From: Stylophora pistillata
Taxonomy: Eukaryota
Reading direction: 5' to 3'
Length of the DNA stretch: 64,000 nucleotides
Assembly (NCBI RefSeq): GCF_002571385.2
Contig: NW_019218055.1
Coordinates: 50,704 to 114,703 of the forward strand
Position 1 is the first letter of the stretch; each line of letters starts with the position of its first letter. Made by a program: the position numbers and the translations under genes. Under the pieces are notes generated by a model, which worked only from the letters and a program-made list of their open reading frames with translations, searched no databases and was not told where the DNA came from. Shown one piece after another: positions 22,938-37,200 of the stretch.

Positions 22938-24904
22938 AACGGAAGACGACCAATAAACAAGAAAAGAAAAAGATAACATTGAGTGGGGATTGTTAAGTCG
23001 CTGTTGAATTGTCCAAAGTTTCCTTCATCACGCCAATTCTTGCGACACACTGCAATTTCCTGCTTGTGGGAGAAATTTCTTTTGTGGTTATCACAAATGG
23101 CGTAAACTTGGAAGGATTACATGTATGAAAGGTAATTGTTTTCTTAAGATGTTTTATCATAATGGTTTACAGGCTATTGATTTGTTATTGACTTGACGCG
23201 TGTAGCAGTTTTCGCGCATTTTAGATTTAAGATGTACTGTTCTCCTCCGAGATTGCGTTTTTGAAAGCTTTTTTAGTTATTTGACTGTAGATTACGTTGT
23301 CATGCTAACGGTTCTTAAGGTATTACTCGGTAAAATCGAATACCCCAAGCCAAAGCTTTAGATTGATTTTTGAAAACTAGATTTGCAGAATATGTGGTGT
23401 AGAGAAGCGCACTCAATCGAGAGCATGCACGAGATCTTCTCCCACATATCAAATTTTAACTTTTCAAGTTTCAACAGTTGATTAGCTTCCTCTTACTCAA
23501 TCGTCCTCTTAACTTCACTGAATCACCTCGCAGTAGCACTGGCCCTTGCGAAAACAGATGATTTCTGGCAAAGACGTGTGCCTTTGTTATGCACTGGAAA
23601 TTCAGTTCATTCGCATTCTGTTCAAGGGCACCTCTTTAGATAAGATTAGCTATCACAAAGCTGTCTCGCTAATCTGTCATTTTTATCGGAGATTTAGAAG
23701 CCGGTGTCAGTTACAATGTTATCTTTTTTGAAGTTATTGAGTTTATTGCATCACTTGCGAGCGAGGGAAAACTGAAAACGCTGCTATTCGAGAACAAAGA
23801 TAGGAGAGCTAAGTCAATTTTTATGAACTTCTGTCGACCATGACTATATATCTATCTCCATTTGGCCTTAGTTGATAGTCAAAAATCGGTGGATGGGTAA
23901 AAAGTCATTGCGTTCGATTCAGTTTTACAAAATGAATCTTAATGAATCGATTCTTGTGCATCTCATTAAATTTTGTCTTAAGTGAAGATTTTCTTTTTGA
24001 CCAATCACTCATGGAACACTCAATACTTTATTCCTAAAAGAGCCATGATCAGATCGCTTGATGGTCGTTTTGACGACGGGCATTTTTTTTTTGCCTGCAG
24101 TTTATTTTTTTCTCATCCAAGGATAATATTGCATCCCCATCCGATGTTTATCATCTAAGAGTGGAGTTCTGTGCTCTTGATCTTGTTGACATGCAAATTT
24201 TACGTCGGTTCAAAAGTTTTCAAGAGCTACCGCACCAATCAAAAATTAAAATGCATCAATACCGCCGAAAAACGCGAGGACTTCTCCTTTCAGTTGCATA
24301 ATTTTTTTATTTGGCGTTCCTTTCATTGGCTTGATGTGAATGAACTAAAATACAGACGATGACGGATTACTCGCGTATGCGCAAAAGGTAAGAAGTGGTT
24401 CATATGCGTGTTTTCAATTCATTCTCGCTGTGTGCATACTATTTCATGCAAGTAAAGCTCAAACTAGTGTAAAAACCTCCCGATATGAGATACACAGCCG
24501 TAGAATTGGGTTCCCATCGAGATAACAGCAGATAAAATGTTAGCTGCGCGCTGCAACAAAACTGATCCAGGAATCTTTAGCTTGTTGACATTCATGAGAT
24601 AGCCCACGAAATATGGTTGTTGCCGCCGGAAAATTAGACTGAGTCGCGCCGAAACTGGCACCCCCGCTGTGTAAATATTTGTCAGCCATTCGATGCATCA
24701 TTAGGGACATTTTCATACCAGCCAGAACAACCAGCTCAGTTTACGAGACAGCCATGGGCAGTTTACAAAAACAGCGTATGAGGAAGTGAGTTTATTTTCC
24801 AGCTGTGCTTGGTAGAATACAAATAACGCGCGAGACGAGTACAAATATCACGCGATAAGACATATTTACTCGGGTATTGACGGATCACGGTTTTTGCGAC
24901 GAAT

Positions 24905-24926
24905 AATTAACAAATATTCCACGAGC

Positions 24927-24984
<58 letters not shown>

Positions 24985-25531
24985 AATCANNNNNNNNNNN
25001 NNNNNNNNNNAAAAAAAAAGATAATAATTTAAAAAAATGTGAAACTTCTGAATGATGATTGGTGGGAGAAGACCTCGAAGGAACCACAAGGTAAAACCGC
25101 TCTGGTCAGTGTTTTGAAGAAATTATTAAACGCCGGCGCTGAAAAAAGTGATGGCAGCCCGTACTCGAAAAGTTCCTTGACTTCTTTAAGATTTGGACTC
25201 AACAGACATTTCAAGGTGAAAGGAACTGACATTATTGGACCCAAAGTTCGCCGAAGCGAACAATTTTTCTAGCAAAGTGTGTGGACTTTAAACGGCGAAA
25301 TAAGACTTTTCATTCACAGCATATAAGAAACGGTGCTCGATGCGTGTGCAAATCAGAAGTGTCTTCTTTTGCAAATGCTTTTGTAAAATGTATGATAAAA
25401 CAATTATTGAATTCGGTTTTCGCATGATATCGTGAATTATCAAAATCTCGAGTCTGTGTAACTGGAAATAACTCAGACCTCGGTTTTGATAATTCACGAT
25501 GTCATGCTCAACCTCATCCAATAGTTGCCTA
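24905..25531 (+). mobile_element. Crypton-like element remnant spanning an assembly gap
   Basis: Fragment LKKLLNAGAEKSDGSPYSKSSLTSLRFGLNRHFK resembles Crypton/DUF3504-associated recombinase sequence (..KKDGxxYSxSSL..R.GL.RH); hairpin at about 25418-25510. Confidence 0.6.
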
Positions 25532-27992
25532 GTATAGGGCTTGTGCGATTTTCAGGGCCTTTCTTTGTCTTCCTTCTTGTGGAAAATTAGACTTCGAACA
25601 GTCCCCCCTTTTCGGGGAATTCCGTCGCGTGGGTCAAAAACAAAACAATAATGAAAGATAAATAAACATAAATCAATTGATCTTAGCTTGCCGTTCAGAA
25701 CTCTACTTTTCATCTACCTCATTTCCAGACTTCCGCGCGGCGTGCTAACATTATTGTTATTTTTTTTTTCGCTGATTCTTTTCTGATTCGCACGACGGAC
25801 TTCGCCCAAAAAAAGTAGGAATTACTCTTATTCTAGTGGGAAATTTCAACCCTTTGTAGCGAGCTTAGATTTCAGCATGATCACAGTTTATGCGAGGAAT
25901 TTCAGATAAAAAACTAGGATAATCAAGAGACCGTCTCTTTCGGAAAATCGCGATCAAGCGTTAACACAACGTTTATAACCCGGTTACCGAGATCTTAAAC
26001 GATAACAAAAGAGAGAGTGATTATGGGAGATCTTGGAAACCGAAGTAGCCTGACTGACAAAGCTCATCGAAAGATTCGCCGAAATTTTTTAGTGAACGCC
26101 GTTCGGAGTTTTTACATCTGAACTTCCATTTCTCGGGAAGAAGCGCTAACTAGTGCATCTTATCAATCTCAGTGGTCGAGTTAAGATTTCTCATGTTAGC
26201 GACCTGATATTTTTCGTGTGAACAGAGGAGATGAGGCAGCTTGGTTGCCTCGCTCTCATGAAGAGGCGCCAGTTTTAAGCATAGTACTTCGTTCTTTCTT
26301 TTAGGTGAGCTTACTCCGTAATACTTGCTGGAGTACAAAAAAATATTGAATGCGCTTGTAATTATAAGTTTGCTTCACATTCTTTTTAAGTTGAGTCACA
26401 GGAAGCCCAAGCATTCTATGTATGCTCTCAGGATTTAACGGTCATTAATAGGAAGATCCAATATGCCGAATATGTGGAGTAGTACAGGCCAACATTTTCG
26501 CTGTATGGAATCTAACTACTGATATTAAATCATTCTTAAGTTCTTTGAAGTTAATATTTCCTTAGTATTAAACGCGATTGTGATAAATTTAGACTGAATT
26601 TTTTAAAAGTGTTCTCGTGTACCGTAAAAAAAAAAAAAAAAAAATACCGGGTATTTTGCACTATCGAAATTTTTCTATTTCCATTTCTTCCGGAATATCG
26701 ACCTCAGTGATTTAATACCAAAAGAAAAAGAGATGTCTTTCGTACTGAGTAAATTGGTCTGGATTACTTCAGTTGATTAAACCTCTAATTTTCCATTTAA
26801 ATATTTATCCTTGATTATCAATTTTCATGGCCTTTTAAAACGGCAAGAGAAAAAAAAAAATGTTCCGACATTTTTTCGAACAGTTTCATTTCCCTAACGT
26901 GTTAGATTTTACTATTTAACGGGCTTTTGCATACACTGGTTGTCAATTAAAAAATAAGATATAATTTCTCATATGTAATTTGTTCAAACTCAAGCTAAAA
27001 AGCAAAAAAAATAATCTTGTGGCGGAGAGAAAAAGCACGAGCAAAAATTTCGAACGGAAGGAAGCTCGTGGAAACCGGAAAAGATTTACAGTCTTATCTT
27101 TTAGTAAAATTGTAAATAAAAATTATAGAAACTATACTCAACAGAATACGTTATTTTGATAGGGAGGAACTAGGGAATCGAAAGGGTTGAAAACTTGGCG
27201 TTAAACTAGCTTTAAAGTGCTACTGTATGTTACTTGAAAACGTTTATAAATAGACTGATTGAATTATGCGTAGCTATTAATGCCTTTGTAGCTTACGTTT
27301 TGCACGAGAAGTCTATTTGCATTATATAATGGTCCTTTCTATGTTTTCATCACAATGGAATTAATGCAGTGATCCTTGTTGAAAGACGGAAATTATTAAA
27401 GCTAAGAGCTTTGTTTATCATTCGCTTCGTAATTAAGTGACGCCTTAAGTGAGTCTCGCAGAATATTCGATCGGCTTTCGTCGGTTATAAAAATTCGGTA
27501 ACCAGAGATCACTTTCAAATGGATTCTTGTACAAGCCGGATAAATTATTATTTCGTTTGTTTACCTTTAGATCGCAGGCCGGTCACAGCGCAAAGATGAG
27601 AACAAACGCCAAAAATCTTGTTATCTGAAATTTACATAATTGTTCTGTAGATTACTGAAATTTGAGAAGTGGACGAAAATGAAAATGATAACTTCTCGAC
27701 CTTTCTCTCTATTCTTCGGTGATCAAAGGTGAAAAGATTTCCGCTGTTAGGTGACAAACTTGTAGTCATTTCAGTGTAGTGCTTTGCTTTACTCTGGTGT
27801 ATAAAATGGATTGAGCAAACACGCCGCGGTCGTATTTTTGACCGCTTACCAACTCACCATTCATATGTTAATTCTCTATGATACCTCTGCCCTTGTGATG
27901 TCATTCACGTTTCAAATTAGTCGACAGCTCCAAAGTGAAGAACAGGCAGAGTAGCTCGGACTGAGCGAAAGTGATCCGGAAATTCAACGACA

Positions 27993-28262
27993 ATGATAGC
28001 TAAACTTTTCCTCTTCTGGATATCCCTGACAAGACTGTCATTCGAGCAGCTCTTTACATATTTTGATTTATACGACGCGGTACATCTTCTGTTTTTAGGA
28101 GTCATCGGCATTTGCTTGAGAATAGTTCAGCGCGGGTCATGGAGCGCTAATAAGAAGGTCCGATCAAGTCTTCGATCGTCCACCGCTTCGGGGAAAAAAC
28201 GTGGTTCCGTCTCTTTTGCTGCCGGAACGAAATTCTATCCCATTCAAAGCCATACTAATCCG
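27993..28262 (+). CDS. PDE4: PDE4 candidate isoform-specific first coding exon (hydrophobic N-terminus)
   Basis: 90-codon ORF from ATG (MIAKLFLFW...SHTNP) ends at donor GTAGGT in phase 0, in frame with the exon at 28480. No homology evidence. Confidence 0.55.
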
Positions 28263-31200
28263 GTAGGTTAATAGTTTTTTCATGGTTTGTTAGAGGAAAA
28301 ACCGTTCCATATATATAATTTACAGAGCATCTTTGTGACCTCGAGGCATCAATTTTCATCGGTAGCCTCTGCAGACAATTTGTTCACAACGCAGCTGGAC
28401 TTATATTGAATGTGGTCAACATAACCTGGGGCTCTTTGGTAAGGCTTTGTAAACAGCTTTTCTCTTTTCGGTTTTTCAGCTAAACTGGACAATATTACGG
28501 AACGTGGGCTCCTTGTCAACAATGTCAGAAACTTGGAAAGCGCAGCGATCTTCGTTGAAAATCTCACTGACCACAGATGATGGGGAAGAAGTGACAGAGG
28601 GGGACAGGTACACGTTGTTTTATTATTATTTTTCGTGTGAATCTAACCCAGCCCTCGGTTTTTTAAGAGGAAGCTGCTATGCGTGTGAAACTGATGATTT
28701 TAGCTTAAGTTTGTAATTGTGGTGGGATTTAATCCCCTGTGTTTTTAAAACGAGCTATATTTCGAATGTTCGAAGTTGCTCTTGGTTCGAGCCAGCTGTT
28801 TTTTTTTCTCCTTTTTTTACATTCATTTTCTTTTGCATAAAGCTGCACGGATAATTGCTTCAAGCTCATGAACAGACTGAATTTATTTACATTCTGTCAA
28901 AGATAGTTCTCATGTTTTTTTTTTGTTTTGTTTTGTTTTTTTTTTTCATATGTATTGACTAGTTTAGCATTTTTAAACAGTTCCTCAGGTGAAGCGGGAA
29001 ATATTAGGAGAAGCCGGTTTCTGACATTGGTGAAATTAAATTCCCCGCTCACATTGGGCGTTTGTGTATTCTGTGTTCAAAAGAATTGTCAAGAATTAAA
29101 TAAAGCTACAAATAGTACGTCTGTTTATCGTCTGCAAGCAATGTTATAGACGATTGATCGCACGAGTGTTCAATTTAAACGTACTTTACGGCCGATTTAT
29201 TCTGAATTGCAAGAAATCGAGAGGCTGATCGGACATAACTTGTAAGTTTTCTGCGGTTTTTGTATATATCATTATTTTTGAACGGGAAATTGTTTATTTT
29301 TCCAACCTCATACGTTTGACAGGACTTGGTTTCCCAAATAGCTGTTTCGGCTGTGAAGGGATCGTGTACATCTAATTTCATGTTTTTCTGTTATCGTTCG
29401 ATCAAAGATTTTGGTGAAGGATTATTTGATATCTTTGTTGATGTGTGTTAAATTATAGGGATTTCGCTTCAGAACGACTACCGTATGCTATAATTTTTGA
29501 CCATTCCAGTTTTTTTTTTTTGACGTTATTTAGATAGAGAGCACCGTGAAAAAAAATATTGGTTTTTTTCTCATCTTGCTTTACGCGATCCTAGTATTCT
29601 TACAGTGAATCTTAAAATAATTTTGCGACCCATTTCTGATTATAGGCTATTTTGAGTTCTCGATCTGTAAAGACAGCGGTTGAGTAGTAAATTTGGGCAA
29701 TTTTGTGATTGTGAAACCGAAAGATGTCCGCTAAAAACGTATTGTTGATCAAGATTTAGTAAGAAATTATAACGAACAAACAACCTACAAATGTATAAGT
29801 TGGATTTTTTAATTGAAAATCTTAGGAGAAAGCGTGTGAAAAAAGATATATATATTTAAAGGATGTACTTAAAAAACACAAAGTCTTTTAGTTCGAGTTG
29901 TCAGTGTCTTCACCCTGTCGCAATTTATTAACACCTAATATTTGTTGCTAGTGCATGATGATTTTATCCTGTCTGATTATCATAATTATGTCTAATATCA
30001 GGAAAAGGAAATGGGTTATCTATTTTCTTTTGTTTTTAAAATTTTCAATACTTTTGTTACTGTGGTGTGCCAGGTGAACCCTACAATTAGGTGAAGTAGG
30101 AGACATAAATGTGCAAATTTATTCTGAATTGTTGTGAATTATTTAAAATACTGGATCTGGAAAATGTGAGCTTCACAACCTTTGACAAGTCATTGTGCTC
30201 TGCATTTGAAACCTTTCACAAATGATAGAGCAAAAAGCAAATATAAAGGCACAGGATTCTTTACCTTTGAGGGCTCTGTCTTAGCTACTGCAAAATTAAT
30301 GATTTTAGTTGTAGATATGTGTTTTACAGATGCCTTTGTTGTCACAGTGAGTTAGAATAAGATCAATTTTGATTCCAAAAGCTCAAACTTACAGTGCAGC
30401 CAACAGGTTTAATCATTAGGTTTAATTGAAGATATTATAAAGCGAATTTTTTAAAATACAATGCAGTATTTTGTTCAATGAATGTCTTTGCAATGCAGTC
30501 TAGGTGCTATTCCTATAGTAACAGTGAAATATGAACAGGCAATGTTTTTGTTATCTGTGTTATGGTTATGAAATAAGTCTCAGATGAAAAGACAGTTGAT
30601 GAAAGAACTGTGGTAATTTAACGATTAACTCTTTAACTCCTAGAAGTGATTAACATGTAACTTCTTCCTACAATATGTATAAACTATCCTGCAACCAGGT
30701 AATGAGAATACTCAAACTTATCAAGTAGTTGCTATCTTGATCTAACAACAAATTCTTGTAATTAATCTGCAAAAAATGTGTAGCAGCTAGAGTTGAGAAT
30801 TACCAATTAGAATATGGGACGTAGAGGTTTAAAAGAACATACACAAGGCTGTGCTCTAAGAAAAATTGAAGGGAGCCCTGGCCAGTGCTCTGAAACTGTG
30901 AAATCCAGGGTGCTCAGCATATGCTTTTTATGAAAAAAAACTAAGATTCCTGAGTGGCCCAAGAGCAAAAGTAAGGTGCCAGGGGTCACTGGGTGCTGCT
31001 AGAGCACAGCCCTGGTACACTTGCTAAGCAAGCACTAGCTGTTAGCACAAAAAGCAAGTACTGTTGTCACTATTCACCCGGGTAGCCAATAAGACAAAAT
31101 TGCTCGTCAAGAGTTTCACTTCTGACTGGTATATTGAAAAAAATAAACTAATTTCTTTGTATCTGAGTGATCCATACTGATTAAAAAGCAATCATTGGCC

Positions 31201-34200
31201 TAAATGTTGTTGAAAGTAGTAGATATTTAACTAGGTAGCTTTATGGCTTGAGAAATATCCACCAGTATTCACCTCCACTTTGGTGAATAATTGTTAATTA
31301 TTGCTCCTGTTAATAACCATGTTAGATAATTCCTCTGTGGTTTGTATATTTTAGTTTCCTCTTCAGTGTATTTTTTTCATCTCACCATTTTTGCATTCTG
31401 CAGTGTCCTTAAGCATTAGGGAAATTTTGTATCTTGCACTGAGAACAAAAAAGAGTCAGAATGGAGTTACTGTAGTTTGACACACAGTGTATCTACACTG
31501 GATCTTGTTACTGCCTTCCTTGGGGTGGGTAGGAGGGAAATCAGGTTGCATTTTAATCCTTTCACTGCCATAAGTGACCAAGACAGAATTTCTCCTAACA
31601 ACATCAATACAATATCAAGCAGACAAGGGATGAGAATAAAGAAAACTATCAACAAGGGTATTTTAAGTTGATCCAATACCAGATTTTCCAAACTTACATG
31701 ATAAGAAATGTATGGCAGACAGTAAGGAAAATCCATAAAAAGATCTTCGGAGTAGTTTTGAAATTTTAACTGCTATTATTATACTAAAAGGAGCTAGGGA
31801 TTAAATTTCTTTAAACCTGGATGAGAAGATACTTAATTATTTCCAAAGTTTGTAACAAATGTTAGATTCTAGGAAGGTATAAATTTGATTTAAATGTGTG
31901 TTTTTATGGGGGACACAACATGTTAATAGTGCATGCAGAAAAAAATTCCACTGTAGCCATAGCCTTGGATAGGCTTTAAATTGGCTCTTATTGTATGATG
32001 ATGTAGTACTAATTGATTATCTTGTTGAACCAAGCTTCTGCTATGGACAGCAGTTATTTCTGATTTGAGTGCCAAGTAGGGTATGGATTTTTTCCATTAG
32101 TTTACAGTGTTCTTGTAGTAAAGGAATTTTAGAAATAGTTACCAAGGATGACAGGTGGTCAGAAGTGTAGAATTTTAATTTGTTTATTTACTTAATCAAA
32201 CAAAATCAATCAAAGCAATCCTGAGGTGCAATTTACTTGAGGTACTTGAAAAAAATATTACCTCACGCATAGTAGCTTCATGAAAGTGTTTTTCTATTCT
32301 GACTGGTATTTTAATCTTGTTTCCAAAATGTAAATTGTAAATGCAATAGAGGTGTTTTTTTTTTTTTTTAAGGTAATTTAAGCTACCATAATCTATGACT
32401 GAATTAAGAGTGAAATTTGGAACCTGCCTCTATTTAAAACCAGAAAAATCTTGTGGGAGGTGTCATTCCTTAACCTTCAGGAGTGATTATCTCACGATTT
32501 TTCCTTATAATACCAATATGGTGTACACATGACAAAAGATGACCAAAATATATATATAGGCCACCCTATCAGCTCAAGTGTTTTATCCTCAAATGCTATG
32601 AAATTCTCTTAACTTTTTTCACAAGGAAGCCTAGCTATGGCAGCCAGAAGGGAGAACTGCTTATAAGATCTTGAGAGTTAATTTGAACAGTGAAAGAACT
32701 GCTAATTAAAAGTTGTATGCCAGATTGGAGGTCTCAAGTAATATAGCAGCTGCAATGACGACAGACAAAAAGGCCATTCACTTAGGAAATACTAGGGGTG
32801 AAATTTCATGTTTTTGTTGGCATATTTAGTCTGTCTTCTCCTGGGATTGTGGCTTCGAAGTTCAGGGTATAGTATTCTGTGGTGAACGAGGAAGGGGGCC
32901 TGATATAAATGGTGTAGTATGTATTTTTAATGGCCTGTAGCTGATATACTCTAAGGGAAGGATTACAGTGATGACTTGAAAGAATTCAATTCCTGTGGCA
33001 ATTTGCACCTTTTCATGTTCAAGATCACACTAGTTTTATAACTCCTTATACTGTCTGCAATACAATTCTCATTACGTTAGTGAGGAGAATTTGGTATTGG
33101 ATCGACTAATATCCCTTCATTGATATTTTTCTTTATTCTCATCACTAGTACTTGTCCACTTGATATTCTTTTGAGGTTGTAAGGAGAAATTCTGTGTTGA
33201 TCACTTGTGGAAGTTAAAGAGTTTCAAAATTAAAGAATAATGAAGCTCCTGAAGAATATTCAGTCTTCAAGAAAACAGGAGGCTTTTTTTTTTTTATCTT
33301 ATTCGAACAAGAACAACTTCAGCTACTTAAAGTGTTTTTGTTTCTTACTTTTTGTTTGTCTGGAACAGATGTATAACTTTGGTAAAATGGCAATTCTAGT
33401 AATTTGCCAAAGATAGACTGTCATTTGTTTTCACAAGCACGGGATGAAGTTTGAACTTACTTTTTAGTTTTGACTTCTTGTCACCTCATATTATACAAAG
33501 CAAATTTTATGAAGAGCAGATTCCATTTTGTCTGATCCAGTTATTTAATTTTGCCAGAGTGAACTGTTTATACAACAATCTTTGTTTGGACTGTACTGAT
33601 TCAAAATACATTCCTATGTTGAGATGTTTCTTTTTTACATGTAGTGTGCATGTGATTGTGCAGAAAGGTGAAAAAAAATCAACTGTTTTTTTCCATTTAA
33701 TTTTTGCATAAGGTCTGCTGGAATTGGAATACTGTTGAGTTCACTTGACATGTATAAGTCATAGAGCTCATCTAAAGGTTTTTTAAATTATTAAATCCAA
33801 TACGGATCTAAATGAACTAATTCTGATATGCATGTATATGTTTCAGCTTTGAATTATGCCAGTAATTGATAGATTTGATATGTGAATGTAGAGAGTCTAG
33901 CTACAACTTAATTAAATTTGCCAACTTATTTTTCTGGTTGAACTGTATTGTTGTGTTCATTGTTGATAAAGTTTAAATGGGCTCTGGATTACAAAACAAT
34001 TTGGGTCAAAATGACTTTTTAATCATTTTCTGCATTAAAATGTTTTTCAATTTCATCAGAATTAAGCTTCTGATTGTCTGCTGTAAAAAGAATCTGTATT
34101 TTCTGTAGTTTGTTTTGATTTTGCTTTGTTTTACGCATGGTTTGTCATGATCAGTAAAAGCAAAGAAAAGGGTATTTTGTACTAGAGATTAAAAGCCGTT

Positions 34201-37200
34201 TTGTAGCTTTTGTTATTTAAATTTAAGTCCCAGGGGATCCAAAACTGTTCTCAAAACAAGAGCAGCAATGATTGGACTTATCTTTATCAATGAGCCATTT
34301 GTTAATTGATGGAGCTGTTTACAGGCAACTGTAGAAATTTTGTCAGCTTATTTTTCAACTGGAACAAGATTAATTGGATATAAATAAGAACACATGTATT
34401 ACTATTACTTGATAAAGCAGCACATCAGTGCCGTACAACACTTCAAGAGCACAAGGGCATGTTTTCTTTTTTTTTTTTTAGCTGTAGTATTTACCAATTC
34501 TTAATTGGCTAACCCATTGATAACTGTAAGGGCTAAGTGTCTTCAATGTTTTCCAGCAATTTGCACTCTTTTCAATGTAAACAACTCATTCTTTTCAAGA
34601 GTGAAATTTACATACCTTCCTTTGCAATCAACATCATGAGATCTTCAATAGTCTCTGGTTTAATCATGGTTTTGGATGTATGTCAATGTGAATTCATTAC
34701 CCTTGCCTGTCTAAGCTGTGTGGTGCATATCTTGAATGGAAAAAGTGTTCCTAGCCCAGCTCAGATCATTGAAAAAAGGACAAATAACACTTTTGCATTC
34801 CAGTCAAAACTCCCAAGTTGCTATGACACATGAAGGTATTAATAATACATGCAATAGTGGTTGGTTTCTTTATGTTACATGTTGATTGATAGTTTCCCAG
34901 CAGTTGTAAACCGACAGAAGCAAATAAATTTCAAGCAACCACTCATCCCTCTTTCTTCAAAATTTTATTGGGAATTCTAAAATTTGCTTGTTGAATATTA
35001 CCAGCATGAAAAAGCTAGTAAATGGGTTAAGATTTATTTTTCAATACATTCTTTTTTTATCAGCTATTGATGGATTGATTTTAATATTGCTAGAAATTTT
35101 TTTTTAATTTTGGTAAATGAAAATATTGCACATGAATTTTGTGGGTTCTGGACCAAAACTGACCTGTGAAATATTTTTGACATTGTAATAATAATAATAA
35201 TAATTCTGGTTAATTTATGCAAGACTCTTCGTTTGGACTTCAAACACAGCTGGCATTATTTAAAACAATGGGACATTACCATATATGGATTGCTGTGTAG
35301 TTTCTACCCAATATATAATCTTGAAAGGAAAATATTCAAGCAAAAAAATTGAGGCAGAATGAGTTTTATAGGGTTTTCCTCGACTTCATCCTTTCTAGGA
35401 CTGTAACAGGGCATTTTTAAAGCAAAATGTTCAATGGAAATTTTCAAAAAACCGAAAATGGGCATGAAAATGGTCTTAAACACCTGGTCAAATGCTAATA
35501 GAAGACAGAAAGATGGGAGCTGTTGGTTCAAAGAAACAATCTTCAACATGGTATTTATGAGTTTTAATCTGCTTTCTTGCTTCTGTTCCCTTGCTATGTG
35601 ATTATTCTGCATTTAGAGATGGTATTTTTTTGTAATAAGTGTATGTTAACCGAGAAACAGACTAGCAAACGCACAGAAATCTGCTTGAAACCTCAATGAA
35701 TCGTGTGTGTTTAGATTGTTATTCCTTACAAAACATGGCTGACAGTCAAGTGAAAATTATGTTACTGTCATTTGATTGATACCAGTTTAAAAACCTGGGA
35801 GGATTTCCTAAGAAAATTGTATCGCAATATTGTTATTTTTATCATGAAATCAAAGTATTTTGAGGAAGAACATTTTTTTGAGAAATACGCTGATGTGTAA
35901 TTATAACAGTTAAACTGGATATGTTCTGAGTTTATGGTAATAGCTTTTACCTTTTGATATGAAGTTAGATATCTAGCCTAAAATCAAGATAAAAACTTTA
36001 CTAGTACTGGTAAATAGACTATTTTTCTGGAAAATGAAGTGTACTATATTTAATGTTACAGTCATAAGTTGAATACAGCCAACATAGACTTTCCATGTTA
36101 CAAATGCCCAACATCTACATAATTATGTTAACTACATAAAACCTTGAGTCATCTGTTTCTACATGGAGGTAGATATGGTCCCTTTGTTCAAAATTGTACA
36201 TCTGTCATGATTATTTTGCCATATTTTCACATAGTGTAAGCTGCCTGTCTTATGATCTTCAATTGATTTACCTCAATGAACACGGTGACATATGTTAAAC
36301 ACAAAAGTACGCTAAGGGTTTCTGTTGTCTTTTGTTGTGATCATTTGCATTTTACTAAGAGTCCCACATATACCAGTGCCTAGCTTGCTACTAATAAAAG
36401 CTCCCTGTCTGAGGTAAATGTATGTGTGTTCTACTCTATTTCATATTTTTGAACTAATTTGATTTGGCACACTACAGAGTTTCTACTTCACTTGCTGTAA
36501 GTGAACATTCACAGTGTTATTGACAGATTCTTCAAAGCCTTATCCTTATTGTCTGAAATTTAACACCAAAACATGAATGCTATTTCAAATGGAAGCTGGA
36601 GAATTTTTGGAATGTTTTGACAATGCCATTCATTTTACTTAGAAACAACATACATTAACTACATGTTTTCATGTTGTGCACTAAGTATTATACTATCCAT
36701 TTGTAATCCAAATATTTTTTCCTTGGTTGATAGATTTTAGAAATCAATTTTTAAAATCAGTGTGGCAGTTAACTGAATGAAAACACTTGTAATGAGTTGG
36801 CAATACTAGGCTGTGTTTATCAGTTTTTGCCAACAGTGTGAGCTGATTTATTATGAGTTGAAGCTATAGATTTAAGGTATCTTCCATTACTTACTGTTGA
36901 GAATGAACACATGTTTTAGCCATGTGAAATTTTATTTTCAATAATTTTACTACAAATCGCACTTTAAGTAGGTCGTGTTTATGTAGCTTCTAGCAAATTT
37001 TTTTTTTACATTTGTCTATGGTTAGATGTAAAAGTGAACGTTAGCAGCAGCTAGTGGAGACTGTGATAAATTCAAGTGAAGGCTAATTATTTGCTTTGGT
37101 TACTTTGCATGAAATCTTTTTTCTGAATTTCTTAAATCAGTTCCTATATTCCCCGATCTTACAGTATACAACTGTCTTTCACACCTTCTCTGATGACTAT

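Noticed and set aside
24754-24785. N-myristoylation signal in MGSLQKQRMR
   Set aside because: Gly2 is present but position 6 is Lys rather than the preferred Ser/Thr, and the exon itself is unconfirmed.
9000-27900. Many 60-100 aa ORFs in the PDE4 upstream region
   Set aside because: No recognisable motifs, often non-ATG starts, and low-complexity AT-rich translations expected by chance.
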